A stretch of 64,000 nucleotides of DNA from Mayamaea pseudoterrestris (lineage: Eukaryota). A program made the position numbers and the translations under genes. This document shows positions 54,768 through 64,000 of the stretch, piece after piece. Position 1 is the first letter of the stretch. Every line of letters begins with the position of its first letter. A model generated the notes under the pieces. The model was not told the DNA's origin and ran no database searches. It worked only from the letters and a program-made list of their open reading frames with translations. Location of the stretch: contig BROI01000017.1 in the NCBI GenBank assembly GCA_027923505.1, positions 186,001 through 250,000 of the forward strand. Direction: 5' to 3'.

Positions 54768-55856
54768 TTAACTTGTTTCATGCACTTGGACATCTCCAAA
54801 ATCGGTTCCAGTTCGTCGAATAATCTCCACTGCGTAGTTATCCGGATCGTATGCAAATGCGAGTCCCTTCATCGATCCATCATCTGGTTTTTTCTTCAAA
54901 CCATAGCCCATCTGCTCAATCGCATCACAAGCTTGGTAAACATCGTCCACGAGAAATGCTATATGGCCGAATCCTTGGCGACCCTCTTCATTACCAGTAA
55001 AGTGTTTGAAACTGTCATCCTTTTCCGTTCCATGGTTATGCGTCAGCTCCAAGACTGGTTGAAATAAGTTCTTTGGACTGGCATCGTCCGGTACGTTGCT
55101 CGATCCCAAAAAGTATAAGGAAAAGCTGTCAAAGTGGCGCTCGGAAAGAACCTTCATGCCGAGAGCTTTGTAGAACGGAATACTCTTGGAAGGGTCCTTA
55201 ATGCGGAGCATGGTTTGACTAAAGTTCATCTCGTTTTTGATATCAGCGTCTTCACCTCGCTTGACAACTTCTACCCAGTACCCGTCTGGGTCATATACAA
55301 AGGCCAAACCTTTCATGCGACCTTCGTCTGGCTTCTTTTTGAATGTGTAGCCCAGTTTTTCAAACTTTTCCGACGTAGCGTACACGTCATTGACATTGAT
55401 TGCGATATGTCCAAAGCCATCCTTCTCTTCGTTTCCGGTATGCGGCTTGTAGCTGTCGTCAGATTCAGTTCCGTGGTTGTGCGTCAATTCAATCGCAACA
55501 TTTTCACTCGTCCACAGCTTATCATGGGCAGCCTTCGTTCCTGGCGTTAAATCGTAGACTTCACCTTCGCGCAAAGTCCCCATGAAATAAAGAGTCATCT
55601 TGTACTGCGGAAAGTCAAATTTGTCGAGCAAGGTGAATCCAAGCGACTCGTAAAAGGGAATGGATTTGCTTGGATCTTTTACGCGGAGCATGGTGTGATG
55701 CCAAGTTGGGCGACCTGGAACAATTAAAGTTTCGCTGGCTTGGGAAGACATGCTGAGGCGATTTATTTGAATGTAGCGACTAGGAAGAGTGGAGATGCGA
55801 AATGATCTTGCAGTAGAAAGCAAAAGAAAGGGAGTCGCTACTCGCAAGAACCTCAT
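54768..55856 (-). CDS. GLO1: Glyoxalase I (lactoylglutathione lyase), two-domain, with presequence
   Basis: Duplicated TMLR.KDPSKSIPFY, ELTHNHGTE, GFGHIA and GLAF.YDPD.Y.VE. Signal ending ARS-FRI. Confidence 0.95.
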   Translation of the reverse strand: MRFLRVATPFLLLSTARSFRISTLPSRYIQINRLSMSSQASETLIVPGRPTWHHTMLRVKDPSKSIPFYESLGFTLLDKFDFPQYKMTLYFMGTLREGEVYDLTPGTKAAHDKLWTSENVAIELTHNHGTESDDSYKPHTGNEEKDGFGHIAINVNDVYATSEKFEKLGYTFKKKPDEGRMKGLAFVYDPDGYWVEVVKRGEDADIKNEMNFSQTMLRIKDPSKSIPFYKALGMKVLSERHFDSFSLYFLGSSNVPDDASPKNLFQPVLELTHNHGTEKDDSFKHFTGNEEGRQGFGHIAFLVDDVYQACDAIEQMGYGLKKKPDDGSMKGLAFAYDPDNYAVEIIRRTGTDFGDVQVHETS

Positions 55857-56177
55857 GGCCGAAAATGCTCGAAGAACGTCACGCGATCTTTCGAATCTGC
55901 GTCACAGCATCCGGGTTAGCTAACGTTTCGAATGGGACGACTTTTCGGCCGTTGCCGACAACTGACCCTATTTTGGCCTTCATCTTGGACTAAACTATTC
56001 GACAAATTCTCCTTATTGTTTAGAGATGGAGTGGATTCGCCGGATATAAAAGCATGCATTAGCGAGGAGTTCTTGCCAACCTCTTCATTCGAAAGGTTGG
56101 GACTGTCATTTTATTAAACTCGGACGCCGCGGCACACATTTCTCATCTTGCCTTGCACAATCACACAACATACAACA

Positions 56178-58358
56178 ATGAAGTTCACGACACGGATACT
56201 TGCCCTCGCAGCAGTCATTGGTGCTGTTAAGGCCAGCACTGGCGTGGAGGAGCGCATCAGTCCTTCACCATCTGGCGGTACATCGGACGCACCATCCGAC
56301 GTTCCTTCGTATGCTCCAACTCTTCCCGCAATGGACACCTTTGCTCCGACAGTCATCGATACACTGTCGCCTACACCGATTGATACCGTTCCACCCACGC
56401 CAATTGACTCACTTGCCGAAGACACGGACGCACCAACCCTCACACCAACTGCGGCATCACCAACAATTTCACCAACTATTCAGCCAGCAACGGCAGCACC
56501 AACAGTTTTGACCGTCACGGATGCACCAACACTGCAGCCGACGACGACTGCAACAACGGCCTCATGCGATGCCAGCACTGAAACTCTTCAAACGTGCTTT
56601 GTAAACGAGTTGAACGGGGGATCCAGCTGTGATTCGTGTGTTGCGACGGTGCTGCAAGATTTGAACATCACCAGCGGCTCCTTGTCCTGCGAGGACTATG
56701 AGTCTCAAGTTTGTGCAGCCATATCAACTTGCTCGTGCGGAACATGCATTGACGAGTTACAAGACTTTTTGGATTGCAGCATCGGATCCGCCATTGGATG
56801 CAGCTTGAACTGCTTACAGCCCACCGTAGCTCCAACATCTGCTACAGTCACTGACCAGCCCACATCAGTTCCCGCCGAAGAAACCATTGCTCCAACCGTT
56901 GCTCCAACAGTTGCGGCGACTACAGTCCTTCCAACAGCCACGCCAACCTTAATCCCAACCGTCGCCGCAACAGATGCTCCTACTCTTGCGGCGACACCTG
57001 AACCAGGGTGCGATGGAAGCACTGATACTCTTCAGACTTGCTTCGCCAACAACTTGAACGGCGGAAGTGAATGCGATCAATGTGTGGCAACTATTCTTCA
57101 AAATATTGGAGCAGTTGGTAGAAATGGCGACGTAAGCTGCGACGATTACGAAACAGAAGTATGTGAGGCTCTCTCTGATTGCCCTTGTGAGGGATGTCTT
57201 CCTGATCTGCAAGACTTTTTGAACTGCAATATTGGACCAGCCGTTGGATGCACTTTGAGCTGCCTTTCACCAACCTCTGCTCCGGCGCCGTCGGCATCGA
57301 CAAGTGTGCCGACTATAGCCGCTGCCACTCCGGCGCCAACGTCCTGCTCCGATAGCACCGAAACTCTTCAAACATGCTTCGCCGACGAGCTGGGCGGCTC
57401 CACCGAGTGCGACATGTGTGTTGCTACCATACTGCAGGACATTGGAGCAGTCGGAAGCAACCCTTTCAACCAAACATGTTCCGACTATGATAGCCAAGTG
57501 TGTGCTGCCATAAGTGCGTGCCCTTGTGGAACGTGCCTCGACGATGTCCAAACATTCATCAATTGCAATGTCGCGCCAAATATTGGATGCTCTCTGACAT
57601 GTTCCGACGAACAGCCAGCGACGAATGCAACTTGTCCCGTCACGCAAGACGACATTACGACGTGCTTCGCCGCAGAAGTCTTTGAGTCTACATGCGGAAG
57701 TTGCTTGCAAGATCTGGCTGGAAACTTGAGCGCGACCGCTGGTATAAATGCGAATGATCTTATAGCAGGTGGCATGGCTAACCTTTCGGACGTACTTGGC
57801 GGCTCATTCGGTGACTTTGGGGAAGACTTCAACTGCTCCTTCTACCAAGACAGCATGTGCCAAGTCGTGTCAACCTGCGACTGCGGAACATGCTTTGACG
57901 ATGTGGCAACGTTTTTAGACTGCAACATTGGTGCAGCCACTGGTTGCTTTTTAAATTGCGACGACGGCGAGACTGTTGCTCCTTCCGCAGCCTCCGTGAC
58001 AGAAGCACCAGTGGCGGCTCCATCGTGCGCACAAATTGAGGAAGAAGCAATAACTTGTCTAGCCAATGCCGGCGATATGGGACAAGAATGCGACAGGTAC
58101 GTCTGATGAACTGCCATAGTTCATGCGACTTGAAGTTTACTTCCCTCGTTCTTAACTAACTCTTGCTCGCCTGCATCGTCATTGTCAATCAGCTGTGTAG
58201 CAACAAGTATACCGAGCGACACTACTGATTGCTCAGCATTACAAGATGGCGTCTGCTCAGCAATCGCCGGCTGTCCTTGCGGCGACTGCAGCTCCTTGGT
58301 CGAGCAATATCTAAGTTGCAACTTTGAGAGTCAAGGTGCTTGCGGAATTTCTTGTTAA
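56178..58358 (+). CDS. Secreted Pro/Thr-rich protein with five 12-Cys modules, 2 exons
   Basis: Signal peptide MKFTTRILALAAVIGAVKA and APT/PT linkers. Intron 58097-58192 completes the fifth module (..CDSCVATS..CPCGDC..CGISC*). Confidence 0.8.
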
Positions 58359-58742
58359 CGACACATCAGGGGGGTGAAATTGTTCTACACCAGCGACTGA
58401 GCCATTCACGTTGATAGCCAGCAGCAACCAGCAAATTCTTTAAATACATGTGCATATATAAATGTTACTCGTTGCGAACATTGTTGCTGTATTCTATATA
58501 GCATTGTCCATTCAACTGGAAACGAAAGACGTCATCATGCTTTTTAGCGAGTAGCAAATGTGTCTTAGTCACGTCGTATCGGTTCTCAATTTGTGACGGT
58601 TTCTCCGCGCTGCGATGGTGAGGTTACCATGGAGATTGGATCGCATAAGTCGCCGTCACTGATGCTAAGTACAGCATTCTAATTGTTATTTGAGCTAAAA
58701 GGCTAACGAAGACTTTATAGATCAAATACTGAGCATACGAAA

Positions 58743-60857
58743 ATGTCCCGATTTATAAGAAAGCTCGTTAACGCCGCCTCCATTTTGCTGCTGCTATCCA
58801 TCAACAACCCAGCTGCCGTTGCACTCACTGCCAAGCAGGAGCAGGAAGCCCAACTCCAGGCCAATGCAGTAGCACTTCGCGAATCGGGTGTATCGGAGGT
58901 TGATCATACCAAGGAAGCAGCGGCTCTCCGGTCCTACCAGCTCCGCAAGAAGAAACGCAAGGGTTTGCTCCGCAAGCGTGAAAGTAACTTGGCAGATATT
59001 TTATTTCCTGGCGTTACGCCAGAGCTTTATCAGCAATCAGAAGAGGTTTACATTGTAACGGATATGGTGACGAGTAAAAAGACTCATGTCCCATTCGAGT
59101 TTTACGACCTGCCGGGCTGTCCGGCTCCGGCGCTGAGCGAGTTTCGGGCAAGTCGAGCCAACAAGCGCAAGAATTTTGGAGCTCGCTTGCAGGGAGCCCA
59201 GTACTTGCCAGCACCTTTTCAACTCAAAGTTTTAGAGGACCAGCCTTGTAAGGTCGTTTGTCAAGTTGATATTGGAGCGCGAAAGGTCAAGTGGTTGCGA
59301 AATTTGGTGGAGCGACAGTATCGGGTGCACATGACGTTGGATTCGCTACCGGTCCTCATGCGATCGGCCGAGTTTAACTACGCAGTACGTGGATATCCAT
59401 TGGGATTTAAGGCTGGACCAAAGTACACGGGCAAGGAGGAAAGCGAATTCTTTCTTTATAATCACATGAAGTTTACTATCGCTTACCAAGATGACCCCAA
59501 TGAGGCATCGGGCATCTATATAACCGCCTTTGACGTATTGCCAGTTTCGATTCAGCACGACAAAGAGGGAACAACCTGCAACGCTGATGCTACCGTCGTC
59601 AATAATCCAACCAGTTATTTGCCGCTTCGAGTCGGCATGACGGGGGATCAAGACATGGCCGTTTTGTACTCGTACGAAGTCAAGTGGGTCAAGCGTGAAA
59701 TTGCCTGGGCTGATCGGTGGGACGTTTACCTAATCGGTTCACCAGATGATGATATTCACTTCTTCGCCATTGTTAACTCGTTGATGATTGTCTTGTTCTT
59801 GACGGGAGCGATTGCGACAATTATGGTGCGTGCGCTTCGCAAGGACATTTCCGCTTATAACGAGATGGCCATGCTTGAAGATGGATCGGCGGAAGAAACA
59901 GGATGGAAGCTGGTGCATGGCGATGTTTTTCGTCCTCCACAAACCTGGCCGATGCTGCTGGCCGTCTTGGTGGGGACGGGCGCGCAGATTGGAGCAGCAT
60001 TTGGAATGACAATGCTGTGCTCCATTCTCAAGCTGGTGAATCCCATCAAAAAGGGGCAGACGCTCACGGCCGTTTTGGTCTTGTACGTCTTGAGCGGATC
60101 CGTTAGTGGCTACGTTTCCGCACGACTTTACAAGTTTTCCGATGGCAAAAACTGGAAATTTTGCACGATGGCAACAGCGTTAGGCATGCCGGGCCTCATG
60201 GTGACCATGTTTTGCATTCTGAACATATGCCTGAGCTTTGCTGGTGCCGCTACCGCTGTCAGTTTCTGGTTGTTGCTGGCGATCTTTGCGCTCTGGGTTT
60301 GCGTATCGTCGCCACTTGTGTTTCTGGGATCGTACTTTGGCTTTCGAGCGAAAACGATTGAAGTGCCAACAAAGACGAAACAGGTTGCTCGGGTTGTACC
60401 AGATATGCCGTGGTATTCCACTCCTCCAGTCTCATTATTACTTGGTGGTATCTTGCCCTTTGGGTCAGTTTGTATCGAACTCTTCTTTATCATGAGTGCC
60501 CTATGGTTGCATCAAATATACTACATGATGGGTTTCTTACTGGCTGTGTTGCTGATCCTCGCGGCAACATGCGCACAAGTCAGCATCGTCATGGATTACT
60601 TGCAGCTTTGTGGGGAGGATCACAGGTGGTGGTGGAAGAGTTTTGGAAACTGCGCATCGGCGGGTTTTTACTTGCTGTGTTATAGTCTTTGGTTTCTCTC
60701 TAGTCGACTGGACTTGGTCGGTATCCTGCCAGTGATGGTTTACATGACCTATATGACCATGATCAGCCTTTGCTTCTCACTGTTTTGTGGAAGCGTTGGC
60801 GTTCTTTGTGCGTTCTGGTTCAACTTAAAAATATATGGAGCCGTCAAGGTCGACTAA
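58743..60857 (+). CDS. Transmembrane 9 superfamily (EMP70/nonaspanin) protein
   Basis: Signal peptide; motifs FPGVTP, LYNH, WADRWDVYL, EETGWKLVHGDVFRPP, GGILPFG, EDHRWWWKSF; C-terminal KVD. Confidence 0.95.
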   Translation: MSRFIRKLVNAASILLLLSINNPAAVALTAKQEQEAQLQANAVALRESGVSEVDHTKEAAALRSYQLRKKKRKGLLRKRESNLADILFPGVTPELYQQSEEVYIVTDMVTSKKTHVPFEFYDLPGCPAPALSEFRASRANKRKNFGARLQGAQYLPAPFQLKVLEDQPCKVVCQVDIGARKVKWLRNLVERQYRVHMTLDSLPVLMRSAEFNYAVRGYPLGFKAGPKYTGKEESEFFLYNHMKFTIAYQDDPNEASGIYITAFDVLPVSIQHDKEGTTCNADATVVNNPTSYLPLRVGMTGDQDMAVLYSYEVKWVKREIAWADRWDVYLIGSPDDDIHFFAIVNSLMIVLFLTGAIATIMVRALRKDISAYNEMAMLEDGSAEETGWKLVHGDVFRPPQTWPMLLAVLVGTGAQIGAAFGMTMLCSILKLVNPIKKGQTLTAVLVLYVLSGSVSGYVSARLYKFSDGKNWKFCTMATALGMPGLMVTMFCILNICLSFAGAATAVSFWLLLAIFALWVCVSSPLVFLGSYFGFRAKTIEVPTKTKQVARVVPDMPWYSTPPVSLLLGGILPFGSVCIELFFIMSALWLHQIYYMMGFLLAVLLILAATCAQVSIVMDYLQLCGEDHRWWWKSFGNCASAGFYLLCYSLWFLSSRLDLVGILPVMVYMTYMTMISLCFSLFCGSVGVLCAFWFNLKIYGAVKVD

Positions 60858-60923
60858 AAGATTAAATGGTTCATACTTTACACGTATCGATCATACCATA
60901 CCGTGTAATAGTCGAGATCCCAT

Positions 60924-62780
60924 CTATTCCTCTTTTCTAGAGTATTCTTCTCCATTGACCGACTGCAATAGCTCAATCGCTGGAGCAATTTTACGTTCCA
61001 AAGTACGCCGATCGTAAGACGTGCGCTGCATTTGGATGCTGTGGCCCATGAACAAAGCCAGACTCTCTAGTTCCTTCTCGGACGCATCAGATTCACGAAC
61101 GTGAGTTACAATCATGTCACGTAGTAAGTGAGGATTGGTCCGTTTGCCAGCGTGTTGGTAACAAGCTCTAGATACCGTTTGATAGACACTATCTCGCGAA
61201 AAGGGATTGCCAGTCTTAGGTTGGACAAAGAGGAAAGAAGTAGACGGTTCCAGCTTCGGTCGCCAATTGCCGACAAACTCGTCAACATCTTTTGACAAAG
61301 CAGCCGACAGCATCATGGGTGGCCGCTCTCCATATGTTTCGCCTGTCTTATAGTCGCCAGGGTTATGCTTGATGAACCAGCAACCCTCCACCGATTCTTC
61401 CTTGATAAGTGTTCGACCGATCTCGAGCTCGCGTATCGTTCGTTGTCGATCAGGAACATTTGTAAATATCGCCAAAACAAGATACCTCTGGCAAGCTGCG
61501 GCGACTTTACGCTGCAGCGATTTCAAAGCATCCTTGCTAGATTTGCTTCTTGTACCCGCCGTTAATGAATGTTCCGCATCAACAACAAGTCGGTCAAAGT
61601 CCGCCTTGGTCGCTTGCACCACTCTCAAATACTCCGGCCAGGACAACCACTTTTGTCCTTCATTACTAGACTTTGGAGCCAGCTTGGCTTGCTTATGAGC
61701 ATTGCGATGCAGCCGTCGAAGCTCCTGAATGACTGGGATGTCTTCATATGTTTTGCGATTGTCGCCACCGACCGACTCGCTGGCAAAGCAAAACTTGAGC
61801 AGTTTAATAATTCCGCGAAGCAAGTTGGCTTCGTAGTTTACAGAAATTTGGCGCTCCTTGCGAAGCCACATGACGAATTGAATGATAGCAGTGGCAGAAT
61901 CCTTGTCCTTGGAGGACAAAATGTCTTGCAGAGACAGGGATGCGTCGGCTTGTGCAACCTCATTCATCTGCTGCGCCACGTACCATCCAAGATATAGTTT
62001 GGCATGCACCATGTACACATTGGCTGTCGCTGGACGTATTGGATCTTCCTGTGAGAGTATCGATGGTTCCGTCATGAACTGATAAAACTGATCGAGCTGG
62101 TTTGACAACGAGGGAAACCTCATCATCTCTAATTTGTACGTGTTGGTTTTATTTCGTCGACGGACTGCGGCTGCCTGATTGACAACGACGGCTTTGTAGC
62201 GTGGCTGCTGTCGCTCTGGAGAAATGTTTGTGTCTAACTCTCCTTTTGGGTCTTTTGTCGAACCAGTTTCCATGGCCTTCATCGTCGTATATTGCCGCGT
62301 ACTTGTTGCCTGCTGCAATGGTTCCATGGGCAGCATTCTTTCCTCCGGTTCCTGTTCATGTCGCTCCAAAGCACTCATGACTACTGATCGTATCTGATTC
62401 GCCATTAACGGATTGATTTGAAAGTCTCGTATGAGCATTTGCGAAACTTCGGCGGCATTCAAGCCTTGGCAGATGGCGAGCAAAGGACCAAATGAACCTT
62501 GAACGGTGGTCGACGTTGATGAGTAGAGATTTAGAGCTTGGAGACTCTCTACAATAGTTACCTTTTCGTCTGCAGACCAATCATTTTGAATCAGTGCATC
62601 ATAAAAAGGATCGGAGGCACTGGACAAGATGCAATTTGTTGATTGATGACGAAGAGAGCGTTTAGTAATTGGCGCTCCAAAACTTCTGTGGCTCGAATGA
62701 CGAGCCTTGGTCGATATAGGCTGCAAATTCTTGAAAATTCGTGGAACTACAAACAATCCAATCCATAGCAACGGAATCAT
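60924..62780 (-). CDS. Tyrosine recombinase / phage integrase-family protein with intact catalytic residues
   Basis: Motifs PDRQRTIREL (R), DYKT (K), NPHLLRDM (HxxR), ALFMGHS (H), RTSYD (Y). Upstream helical core-binding-like region. First ATG at 62780; intronless. Confidence 0.85.
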   Translation of the reverse strand: MIPLLWIGLFVVPRIFKNLQPISTKARHSSHRSFGAPITKRSLRHQSTNCILSSASDPFYDALIQNDWSADEKVTIVESLQALNLYSSTSTTVQGSFGPLLAICQGLNAAEVSQMLIRDFQINPLMANQIRSVVMSALERHEQEPEERMLPMEPLQQATSTRQYTTMKAMETGSTKDPKGELDTNISPERQQPRYKAVVVNQAAAVRRRNKTNTYKLEMMRFPSLSNQLDQFYQFMTEPSILSQEDPIRPATANVYMVHAKLYLGWYVAQQMNEVAQADASLSLQDILSSKDKDSATAIIQFVMWLRKERQISVNYEANLLRGIIKLLKFCFASESVGGDNRKTYEDIPVIQELRRLHRNAHKQAKLAPKSSNEGQKWLSWPEYLRVVQATKADFDRLVVDAEHSLTAGTRSKSSKDALKSLQRKVAAACQRYLVLAIFTNVPDRQRTIRELEIGRTLIKEESVEGCWFIKHNPGDYKTGETYGERPPMMLSAALSKDVDEFVGNWRPKLEPSTSFLFVQPKTGNPFSRDSVYQTVSRACYQHAGKRTNPHLLRDMIVTHVRESDASEKELESLALFMGHSIQMQRTSYDRRTLERKIAPAIELLQSVNGEEYSRKEE

Positions 62781-63046
62781 GGGCGCTTTTGCTAGGTTTA
62801 AAAGGCTTACTAGCCGCGAAGGAAGCGACGTTTGATCATAGATCCAGCTGGTCGAATGCTTGTCGCGTTTCAATCCAACTGAGTACCGAAAAGATTAGTT
62901 GACGTTTTGTGCGCTTGTCACGCTTCCACGCAATGGCGCGCCTTTGACGAAAGATCCTTGCTGATGCGGTGACTCATACTTGGAGCATTGACAAGACCAC
63001 AGGCTCTCTTTATTCATCTTAATATACAAGGGCAACCCTGACTCTC

Positions 63047-64000
63047 ATGTCCTCGATGCTCCTCTCCTTTCGTGCTTCACGTCTACTAGTATTGAGTTTG
63101 CTTGGAACGTCTGCAACTCACCGTGTCGCTGCCGCCTTTGTCGTTCCAACAGTTTCTTCGGCGCTCGTCGGAAGCAGCAGCTTTTCTCGCTCGTATCCAT
63201 CATATTCCACTACATCAAGACTATTTTCTTCTCAAGAAAAGAAAGCAGAGGAACCGCAGCATACAATCAGTAGCGACAAGGAGCAAGAAATGTCAGTCGA
63301 ACTCTCGGAACTCCAAGCCGCCTACCAGACGCACCAACAAAACGCGCCCAGGCTCTCCCACGCGCAGGAGGTAAGAAGCCTTGTGGCGTACAATCACGGG
63401 TTTGCCGTACTGAGTACCTTTAGCAAGCACCATTCCGACTTTCCGGCGGGTGGCGTCGTGGCCTTTGCTCCCGATGAACAAGGAAGACCAATCATGGTCC
63501 TTTCCAACTTGAGCACGCACAAGCAAGACTTGAAAGTCAACAGCAAGTGTAGCTTGACAGTTGCTACCAAGGAATTCAAAGGATTGGCGGATGCCCGCGT
63601 CAATCTCATGGGGACTTGTCACGTTTTGGAGAGGGAAACGCCCGAGCACGCGCAAGCGAAGGAGTTTTTCCTCGCCAAGCATCCAGATAGTTTTTGGATC
63701 GAGTTTGGTGACTTTGATGTGATGCGAATGGATGTTGAACATGTTCGCTTCGTTGGAGGGTTTGCCCGCGTTGGAAGCATTTCTGCAGCCGACTATGCCA
63801 AGACGCAACCCGATTCCATTGCGGCGTTTGGCGGCCACGTGGCCAAGCACATGAACGACGATCACATGGAGGCAACCATTGCCATGGTGCAAGCCAATAT
63901 TCCAGGGATGAAAGATCCAAACAACAAGGTTACTTCTGCTGTCATTACATCGGTGGATTCCTTGGGCATGTACGTCAAGGTGACCCGCGAATCAGGCAGT
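63047..64000 (+). CDS. Plastid-targeted HugZ/HOZ-like split-barrel heme-binding protein with DUF2470 (partial, runs off the window; absent from the ORF track)
   Basis: Hand translation: signal ending AAA-FVVP, then GFAVLST, DEQGRPI, LSTHKQDL, ARVNLMG, HPDSFWIEFGDF, RFVGGFAR, HMNDDH. Confidence 0.9.
   Translation, partial: MSSMLLSFRASRLLVLSLLGTSATHRVAAAFVVPTVSSALVGSSSFSRSYPSYSTTSRLFSSQEKKAEEPQHTISSDKEQEMSVELSELQAAYQTHQQNAPRLSHAQEVRSLVAYNHGFAVLSTFSKHHSDFPAGGVVAFAPDEQGRPIMVLSNLSTHKQDLKVNSKCSLTVATKEFKGLADARVNLMGTCHVLERETPEHAQAKEFFLAKHPDSFWIEFGDFDVMRMDVEHVRFVGGFARVGSISAADYAKTQPDSIAAFGGHVAKHMNDDHMEATIAMVQANIPGMKDPNNKVTSAVITSVDSLGMYVKVTRESGS

Noticed and set aside
60858..63046. Crypton, DIRS or prophage-like mobile element around the tyrosine recombinase
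   Set aside because: No terminal repeats, RT, structural genes or obvious compositional shift seen, and the flanks are short ordinary intergenic gaps. Not excluded without copy-number data.
63293..63892. 199-aa minus-strand ORF, and the many other short ORFs overlapping called genes
   Set aside because: They are antisense or alternate-frame shadows of well-supported genes (here the HugZ-like gene) with no motifs of their own.

Overview
This window is compact, intron-poor eukaryotic nuclear DNA with about 37 protein genes and short GT-AG introns. A diatom is inferred from several signal-peptide + F/W (ASAFAP-like) plastid presequences and a silaffin-like RXL/KXXK protein. Recognisable genes include SUMO, FARSB, UNC50, FRA10AC1, RRP40, CDC20, DPM3, FAD synthase, glyoxalase I, TM9SF, a MINDY deubiquitinase, a NAK kinase and a GRK-like kinase. 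Several genes are missed or mis-framed by the ORF track and were rebuilt by hand from splice sites. Most notable: (1) an intact R-K-HxxR-H-Y tyrosine recombinase with a possible organelle presequence and no transposon context; (2) two tandem box C/D snoRNAs with rRNA guides in the 401-nt intron of a small FN3-CaaX gene; (3) a His-rich silaffin-like secreted protein; (4) two secreted proteins sharing a 12-Cys module I do not recognise; (5) a glutamyl-tRNA-reductase-like protein lacking the NADPH domain; (6) an LSD1-like oxidase fused to ePHD and PDZ-like domains. All family calls come from motif recognition by eye; no searches were run. No tRNA, rRNA or CRISPR array was seen.
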